Below, one piece after another: positions 1 to 9,192 of a stretch of 64,000 nt of DNA; the first letter of the stretch is position 1, and the number at the start of each line of letters is the position of its first letter. Both the position numbers and the translations under genes were made by a program. Source of the stretch: an uncultured Actinomycetes bacterium (GTDB lineage Bacteria > Actinomycetota > UBA4738 > HRBIN12). Location: NCBI GenBank assembly GCA_963710985.1, contig CAVQCI010000001.1, positions 193,602 to 257,601 of the forward strand, in the 5' to 3' direction. Below the pieces are notes generated by a model. The model saw only the letters and a list, made by a program, of their open reading frames with translations. It made no database searches and was not told the origin of the DNA.

Positions 1-518
1 AACGCGGCGACCGGGACCGAGGGAGCCGCGTAGCCCTGCCACCCGGCGAGGATCGTGACGTCGAAGGGTCGCGGCCGCTGTGCGACCGCATTCATCCCCT
101 GCGCGAAGAGCTCCAGCACGAACAACGTGATCAGCAACAGGATCAGCTGGCGCCAGCGGCGGAACACGGCGATCGCCACGACGACCGCGAGGCCGATCGC
201 CGGCAGGCTCCAGTGCGCGTTCACGGTGTTGATCCCCCGTGCGAGCGACGTGAGCCACGGGACCCGGATCGACGCGACCGCGCGCATGATCTCGGCATCG
301 AGGCGGTCCAGGGGCGCCGGCCGAAGCGCGAGCACGAGGGTTCCCGCGATCGTGACCGCGAGCATCGACCCGAGCCAGATCTTGCCGGTCACCCCGATCG
401 TGCGCGGCAGCGGGGGAGCGGCGCCGGTCGGTCGCCTACGTCGCCGACCCTCGGCCGCGACCGAGGTCGTCGGAGATCTGGCAGTCGGCACCGCGGGGAG
501 CCCCTCCTGCTCCTGCAT
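1..518 (-). CDS. membrane protein, weakly PAP2-like (N-terminal part; gene runs off the left edge)
   Basis: My own minus-strand translation from the ATG at 516-518 gives MQEQEGLPAV..KIWLGSMLAVTIAGTLVLAL..AQRPRPFDV..GYAAPS. It has several hydrophobic helices and an RPRP motif resembling PAP2 motif C1. It is absent from the ORF track because it has no stop in the window. Confidence 0.35.
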   Translation of the reverse strand, partial: MQEQEGLPAVPTARSPTTSVAAEGRRRRRPTGAAPPLPRTIGVTGKIWLGSMLAVTIAGTLVLALRPAPLDRLDAEIMRAVASIRVPWLTSLARGINTVNAHWSLPAIGLAVVVAIAVFRRWRQLILLLITLFVLELFAQGMNAVAQRPRPFDVTILAGWQGYAAPSVPVAA

Positions 519-576
519 GGGCCGGATCGTCGCACGATCCGCGGTCCGAGCGCGAGGGAGGGTGGCCTTCGCCCGG

Positions 577-1572
577 TCAGAGCGCGACGTCGATCCCGGC
601 CTCGCCTGCGCCCGCGCGCGTCAGGACGAGGGCAGCCGCCGCCGCATCCTGCACCGCGACCCCGACCGACTTATAGAGCGTCAGCTGTTCGTCGGACGTT
701 CGCCCTGGGGTCGTGCCGGCCACCAGCTCGCCGAGCTCGGCGTACACGTGGGTTTCGTCGATCACGCCGGTCGCGATCGCGCGGAGCAGCTCGACCGCCC
801 CTGCGGGGGGCGGGGCGAGCGCCGCGGCGCGCGACTCCACCACGACCAGGGCGTCACGGACCGTCTCGGCGTCGACCTCTCCGGCGCCGGCGCTGTTGAA
901 TCCGACCGAGGTGACGTGGGCCCCCGGAGCGAGCCAGCCCCGAAGGACGACCGGCAACTCGGCGTGGGTGCAGGCGCACACGACGTCCGCGGAACGCACC
1001 GCCTCCTCGAGGCTCGTCCCGGCCTCGACCGGCAGGCCCGTCGAGGCGCGTGCCGCGGCCACCAGCGCGTCCACCCTCCCGGGATCGCGGCCGGCGACGA
1101 TCACGCGGGTGAACGGCCGCACGCGCGTCACGGCCCGCACGTGCGCGAGCGCCTGCACCCCGGTGCCGATCACCGTCAGCGTCCGCGCGTCCTCGCGTGC
1201 GAGCAGCCGCGTGGCGAGCGCCGAGCCGGCCGCGGTCCGCGCCGCCGTGATCGACGTGGCGTCCATCAGGGCCGTCGGCGTGCCCGTCTCGGCGTCGAAG
1301 CACACGAGGACCGCCTGGTGGCTCGGAACGTCGCGGTTGTGCGGGAACACCGACACGAGCTTGGTCGTGAGCGCGCCCGCCGAGGGGAGGTACGCGGGCA
1401 TCGCAGCCAGGAACGCGTCGCGCTCGAACACCTCGGCCGCGATCCGGTTCGGCATCGACGCACGCCCGGCCGACAGATCGACCATGGCCGTCGCCAGCGC
1501 CTCGACGAGCGCGTCGGGGTCCAGGAGCGACTCGACGTCCTCGCGCGAGAGGACGCGGATCCGCGGGCTCAT
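577..1572 (-). CDS. ornithine cyclodeaminase / mu-crystallin family protein
   Basis: ORF 577..1725(-). The internal ATG at residue 52 (MSPRIRVLSREDVESLLD...) gives 331 aa with the family-typical layout and a Rossmann GTGVQA motif. Its ATG overlaps the stop of the upstream MBL gene (ATGA). Confidence 0.85.
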   Translation of the reverse strand: MSPRIRVLSREDVESLLDPDALVEALATAMVDLSAGRASMPNRIAAEVFERDAFLAAMPAYLPSAGALTTKLVSVFPHNRDVPSHQAVLVCFDAETGTPTALMDATSITAARTAAGSALATRLLAREDARTLTVIGTGVQALAHVRAVTRVRPFTRVIVAGRDPGRVDALVAAARASTGLPVEAGTSLEEAVRSADVVCACTHAELPVVLRGWLAPGAHVTSVGFNSAGAGEVDAETVRDALVVVESRAAALAPPPAGAVELLRAIATGVIDETHVYAELGELVAGTTPGRTSDEQLTLYKSVGVAVQDAAAAALVLTRAGAGEAGIDVAL

Positions 1573-2135
1573 CCGAGCGGCGTGTCGTCCGTCGGCACGA
1601 ACGGCTCGCCGTGCCCGGGGACGATCGACGCCGGCCGCATCGCGAGCACCCGCTCGCGCGAGGCGCGCAGCACCGCTTGGTCGGGTGCGTACGGGTCCTC
1701 CGCAGGGCCTTCGGATGTCCACCACAGGTGCGTCAGGACGACGAGGCCGTCGGTGGTCTCGACCGCGGTGGAGATGTCCTCCTCGGTGTGACCGGGCGTC
1801 GACACGAGCCGAACCGAGGGACCCACCTGGAATCCGTCGGCGTCGCGGTCGTCCCAGACGTCGTCCTTGTAGATCGCCATGAAGTCGTGGAAGCGGGCGT
1901 TGGGGAACAGCGCCGCGTTCAGCGTGTGGTCGGGGTGGTGATGGCTGAAGATCACGTCGGTCACGTCCTCGGGCGCGACGCCGAGCGCCGCCAGCGGGTC
2001 GAGGATCGCGCTGCGGCTCGCGACCATCCCGGGGTCCACCACGATCGTGACGTCTCCGTCGCGGATCAGCGTGACCGTGCTCCGCACGCGATCCGCGGCG
2101 AGCCCGTTGCTCAGGACGTGCAGCTCCGCGGTCAT
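1569..2135 (-). CDS. MBL-fold metallo-hydrolase
   Basis: ORF 1569..2135(-), 188 aa, with the HHHPDH (HxHxDH) zinc motif. It is translationally coupled to the downstream OCD gene. Confidence 0.85.
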   Translation of the reverse strand: MTAELHVLSNGLAADRVRSTVTLIRDGDVTIVVDPGMVASRSAILDPLAALGVAPEDVTDVIFSHHHPDHTLNAALFPNARFHDFMAIYKDDVWDDRDADGFQVGPSVRLVSTPGHTEEDISTAVETTDGLVVLTHLWWTSEGPAEDPYAPDQAVLRASRERVLAMRPASIVPGHGEPFVPTDDTPLG

Positions 2136-2260
2136 CCCGTTCCTCCGTTCGTCGGCGATGCGCGGAGGATACGACCGCCCGCGCCGAAGGCAGCCTCGGC
2201 CCGGCCTGGGCTCGCGGGCTCCGCTAGCATCCGGGCGTTGCGGACGAGGAGGAGGCGGGG

Positions 2261-2572
2261 ATGCGGTTCGTGGTGCTTGCCTACGACGGGGACGAGCCCG
2301 ACGTGGCGGCGCGCCGAGCCGAGACGCGCCCGCGACACCTCGAGGGGATGCAGCCGTTGGCTGGCGACGGGCGGCTCCTGCTCGCCGGCGCCCTCGTGGA
2401 CGCGGAGGGCCGAGCCGTCGGGTCGATGCTGGTGGTGGACCTCGAGGACCGTGAGGCGGTCGACGACATGGTGATGCGTGACCCCTACCGGGCGGCCGGT
2501 GTGTGGAGGCGCTTCGAGATCTGGCCGTTCACGCCGGCGATGGGAGCGTGGCTTCCGGGTTCCCTGACCTGA
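2261..2572 (+). CDS. YciI family protein
   Basis: ORF 2261..2572(+), 103 aa. MRFVVLAYDG..RPRHLEGM..DPYRAAGVW..WPF matches the YciI-like pattern. Confidence 0.75.
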   Translation: MRFVVLAYDGDEPDVAARRAETRPRHLEGMQPLAGDGRLLLAGALVDAEGRAVGSMLVVDLEDREAVDDMVMRDPYRAAGVWRRFEIWPFTPAMGAWLPGSLT

Positions 2573-2590
2573 CGATCGCGGAGGGAGCCG

Positions 2591-3418
2591 TCAGGCCGCG
2601 AGGCCGAGCCCGAGCCCTGCGAGGACCGCGAACACGGTCGACACGACCGTCTCAAGGTACCCGATCTTCTTGATCGGCGGTCGCCGCTCCGGCCTCCCGA
2701 GCCCCGCGAACGTCTTCACGGCGCCAGGCACGTACGCCAGGGGCAGGAGGATCGTCGCGGCCGATGCCAGGACCGCGACGACGGCCAGGGCGAGCGCCGC
2801 CACCTGCCACGCGAGTGCGACCGCTCCACCCCTGAGCCGCTCGGCTAGGCCCTGCTCGCCCAGCCTGCGCCGCTGCACACGCGCGCGCACGTAGGGCACG
2901 GTGCCGCCGAACGAGAGGAACGCCGCCGGCGCCGCCACGGCCCACGGGCCCTCCGCGCCCACCACCAATAGCCACGTCACCGGCGCCAGCAGGCAGATCG
3001 ACGCGATCGCGGCGAGCTGGGTCGGCAGCGATCGCGGCCCGGTCCTCGCGCGGAGCCCCCCGTAGACCGCGGCGAGGATCGCGCCTGCGACGCCGATCCC
3101 GACGAGCTCGGCGCGCGGGCCGTGCACGAGCACGACCGCGGCCACGACGGCCGCGATGGCCCCCAAGGCTGCGAGGCGACGTCGCGCCGCGGCGGCGAAC
3201 CGCGGGTGGGTGAGCACGGAGACCGCCCCGGTGATGGGGAGGAACAGCGCGCCGAGCGCTACCGCGAGGAGCCCGCCGGTCAGGTCCCGCCCGCCGGCAG
3301 CGAGCCCCGCGACCAGCCCGAGGAGCAGCGCGTGGACCGACATGAAGCTCGCGCCGTGCTCCTTCGGTACGAGCGACAGGGACGGCACGTCGCGGGCTCC
3401 GGTGACGGTGTGGGTCAC
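2591..3418 (-). CDS. YwiC-like polytopic membrane protein
   Basis: This is the C-terminal 275 aa of ORF 2591..4075(-), from an in-frame GTG (VTHTVTGARDVPSLSLVPKEHGASFM...). The PKEHGA motif and about 8 hydrophobic helices fit the family. The N-terminal Arg/Pro-rich part of the ORF looks non-coding. Confidence 0.55.
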   Translation of the reverse strand: MTHTVTGARDVPSLSLVPKEHGASFMSVHALLLGLVAGLAAGGRDLTGGLLAVALGALFLPITGAVSVLTHPRFAAAARRRLAALGAIAAVVAAVVLVHGPRAELVGIGVAGAILAAVYGGLRARTGPRSLPTQLAAIASICLLAPVTWLLVVGAEGPWAVAAPAAFLSFGGTVPYVRARVQRRRLGEQGLAERLRGGAVALAWQVAALALAVVAVLASAATILLPLAYVPGAVKTFAGLGRPERRPPIKKIGYLETVVSTVFAVLAGLGLGLAA

Positions 3419-3431
3419 GACGGACCGCAGT

Positions 3432-4286
3432 CTACGGTTCGAGCTCGTCGAGGGTGGTGCGGGCGTTCGTGGCCGCCTCCGCGCTCTTGGATGCTCGGCG
3501 GCGCTCGGTCGCGGCTGCATCCCGCAGGCGCCGCGCCTCCGCCTCGGCCGCCCGCGCCGTCTCCGCGGCCTGGTCCGCCGACGCCCTGAGCGCCCTCGCG
3601 CGCTCGGCGGCCCGCACGGCCACCGCCTCGGCCTTGTCGGCTCTCGCCCCTGCGGCCTTGGCCTGGGCTGCGGCAGCACGGAGGTCCGCCTCGAGGGCCT
3701 TGCGCCGGGCCGCCGGATCCTGCGGTCGGCGGCGCGCGTTGGGCTTGGCGCGGGTGGCGGCCGGCGCGCCGCCGGGCAGCACCGTGAGTCCCTCGAACCC
3801 GCCGAGACCTGCGGGGGGACGCGCCTCGCGCTCGACGGTGCCCGCGCGCAAACGCGCCCCGAGCTCACGGTCGACCGAGGCCGCCTCGAACGTCGACGAG
3901 ACCGCGTCGCGGTGTGCGCCGGATGTCTTCCCGGCCGCGTCGAGCGCCTCGGCAGCCGCCTCGGCGAGCGCGCGCACCGCGTCGCGGCGGTCATCGGTCG
4001 CCGATCGGAGATCCGCCGCGTCGCCGCGCCCGGCGAGGGCTCGCCGCTGGGCCTCGTCGAGCCGGGTCCCGGCATCCAGCAGACGTGCGACCTCCTTCGG
4101 CCGGGCGCGGGCGGCCACGTTCACGGCCCACGCGACGAGCGTCGGACGCCGCAGCGCCTTGACCTCGGCGGCCGCCTCGGGGTCACCGGCCTCGCGGAGC
4201 GTGGAGGCCAGCCGGTCGCGAGCGGCCACGAACCCCTCAGGCGGCAACGCGAAGAGGGCCGCGACGTCGTCCTGGGTGACGGGCAT
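3432..4286 (-). CDS. hypothetical protein with an Ala/Arg-rich coiled-coil C-terminus
   Basis: ORF 3432..4286(-), 284 aa. It has a structured N-terminal domain (MPVTQDDVAALFALPPEGFVAARDRL...) followed by a long AEAxxR-type helical tail. I recognise no catalytic motif. Confidence 0.6.
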   Translation of the reverse strand: MPVTQDDVAALFALPPEGFVAARDRLASTLREAGDPEAAAEVKALRRPTLVAWAVNVAARARPKEVARLLDAGTRLDEAQRRALAGRGDAADLRSATDDRRDAVRALAEAAAEALDAAGKTSGAHRDAVSSTFEAASVDRELGARLRAGTVEREARPPAGLGGFEGLTVLPGGAPAATRAKPNARRRPQDPAARRKALEADLRAAAAQAKAAGARADKAEAVAVRAAERARALRASADQAAETARAAEAEARRLRDAAATERRRASKSAEAATNARTTLDELEP

Positions 4287-4365
4287 CCCCGTTCCTACCT
4301 CGGATCGCGCTCAGACGCCAGCGGGATGCGGGCCGGCGCCGAGGGCCGCCGCGTACGATGCGCAC

Positions 4366-5784
4366 GTGCCGGGCGAGCTCACCCGTCTTTCCGCGTGCGA
4401 CGCGGTCGCGCTGCTCCGCGCGGGCGACGTCGGGCCATCCGAGCTGGTCGAGGCGGCGCTCGAGAGGATCGAGGAGACCGACGCCGCGCTGAACGCGATG
4501 CCGACCGTGTGCGCCGAGCGTGCCCGTGCGCACGCGCGGCGGATCGAGGCGGGGGAGTCCCCGGGCGGTCCGCTCGGTGGGCTCCCGATCGCGGTCAAGG
4601 ACCTGAACGACGTTGCGGGTGTGCGGACCACGTACGGGTCGCCGATCTACGCCGACCACATCCCCGAGCGCTCCGACCTGCTCGTGGAACGCCTCGAAGC
4701 CAACGGCGCGATCGTCATCGGCAAGTCGAACACGCCGGAGTTCGGCGCGGGTGCGAACACCTACAACGAGGTCTTCGGCGACACGCGTAACCCCTGGGAC
4801 ACCGCGCTCACGTGCGGCGGCTCGTCCGGCGGCTCGGCGGCGGCGCTCGCTTCGGGACAGGTATGGCTCGCGACCGGCTCCGACCTCGCCGGCAGCCTCC
4901 GCACCCCGGCGAGCTTCTGCGGGGTCGTCGGGCTGCGTCCGAGCCCCGGCCGGGTGGCGTCGGGTCCGGGCGACCTGCCCTTCGACACCCTCGGCGTGGA
5001 GGGACCGATGGGGCGTACGGTCGCTGACGCCGCGCTGATGCTCGACGCGCTCGCCGGCGCCGACCCCCGCGACCCGTTGTCGTTCGACGCCCCGTCGCGG
5101 GCGTTCCTCGACGCCGGGCGCGCCGCGCGACCGCCCCGGACGGTCGCGTTCTCGCCCGACCTCGGCGGGATCACGCCGGTCAACCCCGAGGTGGCGGCGA
5201 TCTGCGCCGATGCCGCGGATCGTTTCGCCGAGCTCGGCGCGACGGTTCGTCGCGTATCCCCCGACCTCGTCGGCGCGCCCGAGACCTTCCAGGTGCTCCG
5301 CGCCGCGGGCTTCGTCGCCTCGCTCGGACCGCTGTACGCGACCGATCGCGACCGTCTCAAGCGGGAGATCCGCTGGAACGTCGAACGGGGGCTCGCCCTG
5401 TCCCCCACGGAGGTCGCCCAGGCCGAGCGCGACCGCGGCCGGATCGCGCAGGCGATGGCGACGTTCCTCGGGGAGGTCGACGTCCTCGCGTGCCCTGCGG
5501 CGCCCGTGCCCCCGTTCCCGGTCGAACGGCGTTGGGTAGAGGAGCTGGAAGGCGAGCGGTTCGACAACTACGTCGAGTGGCTCCGGATCACCTCGGCGAT
5601 CACGCTCACCGCGTGCCCGGCGATCGTCCTGCCGTGCGGACTGACGCGCGACGGGCTTCCGGTGGGCCTGCAACTCGTGGGACGGCCGCGGGGCGAGGCC
5701 GCGCTGCTCTCGGCCGCGGCGGCGTTCGAAGGGCTCGTCGGGTTCGCGTCACGGGTGCCGCGCGACCCCGCGACGACGGACTGA
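4366..5784 (+). CDS. amidase (amidase signature family)
   Basis: The start is an in-frame GTG at residue 305 of ORF 3454..5784 (VPGELTRLSACDAV...). It carries IAVKDL and the GGSSGGSAAALA signature. Length is 472 aa. Confidence 0.9.
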   Translation: MPGELTRLSACDAVALLRAGDVGPSELVEAALERIEETDAALNAMPTVCAERARAHARRIEAGESPGGPLGGLPIAVKDLNDVAGVRTTYGSPIYADHIPERSDLLVERLEANGAIVIGKSNTPEFGAGANTYNEVFGDTRNPWDTALTCGGSSGGSAAALASGQVWLATGSDLAGSLRTPASFCGVVGLRPSPGRVASGPGDLPFDTLGVEGPMGRTVADAALMLDALAGADPRDPLSFDAPSRAFLDAGRAARPPRTVAFSPDLGGITPVNPEVAAICADAADRFAELGATVRRVSPDLVGAPETFQVLRAAGFVASLGPLYATDRDRLKREIRWNVERGLALSPTEVAQAERDRGRIAQAMATFLGEVDVLACPAAPVPPFPVERRWVEELEGERFDNYVEWLRITSAITLTACPAIVLPCGLTRDGLPVGLQLVGRPRGEAALLSAAAAFEGLVGFASRVPRDPATTD

Positions 5785-5813
5785 GCCGTCGCGCCCGACC
5801 GCGCCGGGGCCGT

Positions 5814-6242
5814 TCAGGCCATCCAGGCGTCGATCCGCTGCTCGACCTCCCGCAGCCGCAGCACGACCGCCTTGAGGATCGAGAGCGACACCTTCGGATG
5901 CTCGAGCAGGAACGCCTGGAAGTCCTGGGCGTCGATCTTGACCGCTTCCACGGCGGTGACCGCCTTGACGGTCGCCATCCGGGGACCCGGCGCGATCACC
6001 GCCATCTCGCCGAAGAAGTCGCCGGCTTTGAGGATATGGAACCGTCCGCCGACGTCGACCCGCGCCTCACCCTGCGTCACGATGAACATGCCGTCGCCGC
6101 GGTCGCCCGTCTCGAAGATCGCCTGCCCTTCCTCGAACGACACCGGTTGCCCGGCGGCGAGGATGCCGTCGACATCGGCGTCGTCCAACGCCGAGAAGAT
6201 CCCGGTCCGTAGGGCTTCGTGGCCGATCGAAGGGTCGCTCAT
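5814..6242 (-). CDS. stand-alone cyclic nucleotide-binding domain protein
   Basis: The start is the internal ATG at residue 67 of ORF 5814..6440(-), giving MSDPSIGH... The FGEMAV..PRMATVKA motif is typical of cNMP-binding beta-barrels. Length is 142 aa with no output domain. Confidence 0.8.
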   Translation of the reverse strand: MSDPSIGHEALRTGIFSALDDADVDGILAAGQPVSFEEGQAIFETGDRGDGMFIVTQGEARVDVGGRFHILKAGDFFGEMAVIAPGPRMATVKAVTAVEAVKIDAQDFQAFLLEHPKVSLSILKAVVLRLREVEQRIDAWMA

Positions 6243-6314
6243 CTCGTCTCCCGGTGGTTGGTCGCGACGGTCGCGCCGCTCGAGTCTAGCCGTGGGGCGT
6301 AGGCTCTTGCGGTC

Positions 6315-6801
6315 GTGAGGCAGCCCAGACACGTTCCGTCGCTCGGACCCCGCGGTGAGGGGTGGGTCGCGCTGCAGGTCCTCGCGTTCCTCGGCGTGGT
6401 CCTGGCGGTGCTCCTGGGCACCCGGTGGGTGCCGCCCCAAGCGCTCGCCGTCGTGGGGGCGTTCGCGGCGGCGATCGGCGTGACCTTGATGATGTCGGCG
6501 CTCCTGTCCCTGCAGCAGGCCGGCGCCCTGAGCGCGTTCCCCCGGCCGTTGGAGGGCGAGCGCAAGCCGCTGATGCAGGGGCCCTATTCCCTGTCACGCC
6601 ACCCGATCTACGGCGGCCTGCTCCTCGTGACGGCCGCGGTCTGCTGCTGGTTCCCGTTCGCGCTCGTGCCGCTCGATCGGCCTCGCGGCGATCTTCCGCC
6701 TGAAGTCGGAACTGGAGGAGCGGTGGCTCCTGGAGCGGTACCGAGGCTACGCGGCGTACCGCAAGCGCGTCCGGCACCGGCTCGTGCCCTACGTCTGGTG
6801 A
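6315..6801 (+). pseudogene. isoprenylcysteine carboxyl / phospholipid methyltransferase family membrane protein, one frame break
   Basis: The N-terminus lies in ORF 6315.. (..GPYSLSRHPIYGGLLLV..FALVPL). The family-typical C-terminus IGLAAIFRLKSELEERWLLERYRGYAAYRKRVRHRLVPYVW* lies in the +1 frame and ends at 6801. The break is near 6670-6676. Confidence 0.6.
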
Positions 6802-7331
6802 GCCTCGAGGTCTCGCGGCGTCACGAAGGCGGTGAGCGTCGCGCAGCCGGGGCCCAGCGCGCGCCACGTGCCGACGTCGAGCGACAGGGCGGCAAGCGCA
6901 CCCGTCGGATACTTCTCCCGGAGGTCGGCGAGGCGCTTTCCGCGCCCGGCGAGCCTCGCGACCGCCTCCTCGATCGCGGGGTTGTGCCCGATCACGAGCA
7001 CCCGGTGGAGGTCGTCGGGGAGCGTCGAGATGCGCCCGAGCAGCACGTCAGTGTCGAAGGTGTACACGACGGGCTCTACCCGGATCTCGAAGCGGTCGCC
7101 GAGCGCCGGGAGCACGATCGCCAGCGTCTCCCGCGTGCGCCTGGCCGACGAGCACAGCACGAGCTCGGGGCGTACGTCGGCGGTCTCCAACCAGCCCGCC
7201 ATCGTCTCGGCCGCCCGTCGACCGCGTGCCGCGAGCGGTCGCTGCACGTCGGGGAGCGAGGCGTCGTCCCAGGCGGACTTCGCGTGACGGAGGAACCACA
7301 GGCGTCGCACGGGCGCGATCGTACGCCTCAC
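6789..7331 (-). CDS. histidine phosphatase family protein (SixA-like)
   Basis: The start is the GTG at residue 96 of ORF 6789..7616(-), giving VRRTIAPVRRLWFLRHAKS.. It has the RHA(K/G) catalytic motif and a later GHNP. Its GTG overlaps the Sir2 gene stop (GTGA). Confidence 0.7.
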   Translation of the reverse strand: MRRTIAPVRRLWFLRHAKSAWDDASLPDVQRPLAARGRRAAETMAGWLETADVRPELVLCSSARRTRETLAIVLPALGDRFEIRVEPVVYTFDTDVLLGRISTLPDDLHRVLVIGHNPAIEEAVARLAGRGKRLADLREKYPTGALAALSLDVGTWRALGPGCATLTAFVTPRDLEAHQT

Positions 7332-8074
7332 CCGCCCGCGATCGTGGACAGGATCTGCTCGATCGGCTCGCGCAGCACCGCATCCGCGGCGCGGTCGTAG
7401 GGCGTCGGCTCGGCGTTGACCACGACGAGGCGGGCGCCTTCGTCGACCGCGAAGCCGCACAGCCCCGCCGCCGGGGTGACCTGCAGCGAGGACCCCACCG
7501 CGAGGAACACGTCGGCCGCCCTCGTCGCAGCGATCGCGGCCGCGAGGACCTCCGGATCGAGCGACTGACCGAACGAGACCGTGGCGGACTTGAGGATGCC
7601 GCCGCAGACCAGGCACGAGGGATCGGGCTCACCGGCCTCGACCCGGTCGAGCGCGGCGCGCATCGGGACCTCGCGACCGCAGGACAGGCACACCGCCCGG
7701 TGGATCGTGCCGTGGAGCTCGAGCACGAGCGAGGGGTCCGAGCCGGCGGCCTGATGCAGCCCGTCGATGTTCTGGGTGGCGATCCCACGCAGGCGTCCGG
7801 AGCGCTCCAGGTCCACGAGCGCCCGATGCCCGGCGTTGGGCCGCGCGACCCACACCGGATGGTCCAGGCGCTCCCGCCACGCTCGCACCCGGACCTGCGG
7901 GTCGGCGACGTAGGCATCCAACGTCACGAGCGCTTGCGCCCTCGGGTCCTTCGTCCACACCCCTTGCGGTCCTCGGAAGTCGGGGATCCCGGACCCGGTG
8001 GAGATGCCCGCGCCGGTCAGGACCGTCACCGCGTCGGCGTCGGCCACCCAGCGCGCGACCATCTCCGCGTCCAT
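7328..8074 (-). CDS. cobB: NAD-dependent protein deacylase (Sir2 family)
   Basis: ORF 7328..8074(-), 248 aa. It carries GAGISTGSGIPDFRG, QNIDGLH and the Zn ribbon CLSC..CLVCGG. Confidence 0.9.
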   Translation of the reverse strand: MDAEMVARWVADADAVTVLTGAGISTGSGIPDFRGPQGVWTKDPRAQALVTLDAYVADPQVRVRAWRERLDHPVWVARPNAGHRALVDLERSGRLRGIATQNIDGLHQAAGSDPSLVLELHGTIHRAVCLSCGREVPMRAALDRVEAGEPDPSCLVCGGILKSATVSFGQSLDPEVLAAAIAATRAADVFLAVGSSLQVTPAAGLCGFAVDEGARLVVVNAEPTPYDRAADAVLREPIEQILSTIAGG

Positions 8075-8176
8075 CCGGCCAGTGTAGGAGCGGGCCCGAC
8101 GGTCCCGGATCTCGGGGGGCTCCGGGCACCCCTGCTGTGCGTTCCGATCGCCGATGCTGCGAGGCGGAGGTATCCG

Positions 8177-8743
8177 ATGACACGCCGCCTGCTGCTCTGT
8201 TCGTTCCTGGTCCCGCTCCTATTCACCGCGTGCGGCCGTGGGTCGGCCGCGACCTCGCCCGGCAGCGACGTCCCGTTCGGGCTCGCCGAGGTCACCTGGC
8301 CCAAGGACGCCTCGAGCCTGGAGGGGATCTTCACGGGCTTGCCCGACACCCTCGAGGGGCTCCCGCGCGCAGACGCCCCGTACCTGACCGCCTCCTACGG
8401 CGCCGGCACCACCCCGGACGTGCAGATCTACGCGGTCGACCTCGGCGCGGCCGAGTGCCCAGGGATGTCCGGCGGGTCGCTCGTGCGCTCGACCCTGGAG
8501 CAGAACGGCAAGGTGAAGGTCGCCGAGGAGTCGCCCGACGACGTCCCCGACGGCGTTCCCGCCTACCTGCTCGGCACGCGCGGTGGGGACTACGTCGGCG
8601 GCTGGTCGGTCCCGCGGGTGCACTGGGTGTTCGCAGTGGAGGCCACGACGCCGGCGCTGCGCGAAGCCGCGATCCGCGCCGTGGTGGACGCGGCGAGGTC
8701 GCTCCCGCCCGCCGGCGGATCCGGTTCGGACGCCGCTGCGTAG
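8177..8743 (+). CDS. lipoprotein, function unknown
   Basis: The start is the internal ATG at residue 318 of ORF 7226..8743, preceded by GGAGG. The signal peptide and lipobox are MTRRLLLCSFLVPLLFTAC. Length is 188 aa. Confidence 0.65.
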   Translation: MTRRLLLCSFLVPLLFTACGRGSAATSPGSDVPFGLAEVTWPKDASSLEGIFTGLPDTLEGLPRADAPYLTASYGAGTTPDVQIYAVDLGAAECPGMSGGSLVRSTLEQNGKVKVAEESPDDVPDGVPAYLLGTRGGDYVGGWSVPRVHWVFAVEATTPALREAAIRAVVDAARSLPPAGGSGSDAAA

Positions 8744-8753
8744 ACTCGCCCGC

Positions 8754-9137
8754 GTGAGCGATCCGGTCACGGTCTATGACGCCGCCGGCGGGATGCCCTT
8801 CTTCGAAGCCCTCGTCGGTCGCTTCTACGACGGCGTCGAAGCCGACGAGGTCCTGCTCCGCCTGTATCCGGAGCCCGACGACCTCGCCGGCGCGCGTCAT
8901 CGCCTGACGCTGTTCCTCGCGCAGTACTGGGGCGGACCGGCCACGTACAGCGACGAACGCGGTCATCCACGGCTGCGGATGCGTCACGTGCCCTTCGCGA
9001 TCGGACCCGTGGAGCGCGACCACTGGCTCGCGCACATGCGCGACGCGCTCGATGCCCTGGACCCTGCGCCCGAGGTCCGCGCGGCGTTCGACGAGTACCT
9101 CGCGCTGGCTGCCGAGGCGATGCGCAACCGCGACTGA
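8754..9137 (+). CDS. glbO: group II truncated hemoglobin
   Basis: The start is an in-frame GTG in ORF 8583..9137. The 127 aa include FFEALVGRFY..HRLTLFLAQYWGGPATYSDERGHPRLRMRHVPF..RDHWLAHM, which matches GlbO-type trHb. Confidence 0.85.
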   Translation: MSDPVTVYDAAGGMPFFEALVGRFYDGVEADEVLLRLYPEPDDLAGARHRLTLFLAQYWGGPATYSDERGHPRLRMRHVPFAIGPVERDHWLAHMRDALDALDPAPEVRAAFDEYLALAAEAMRNRD

Positions 9138-9192
9138 GTCGGCCGGGCACGCCCCCGATAGGATGCGCTCGAACGGTCCTCGAGGAGGCGTC

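Noticed and set aside
55-1791. Very long ORFs overlapping or antisense to recognisable genes. Examples are 55..1791(+), 10349..12409(-), 20764..23184(-), 25476..27452(-) upstream part, 43645..45963(-), 17016..17975(-) upstream part, and 3156..4790(+).
   Set aside because: Their translations are Arg/Pro/Gly/Ala-rich low-complexity strings with no motifs. They lie opposite or out of frame to genes with clear family signatures. Stop-free off-frames are expected at this GC content.
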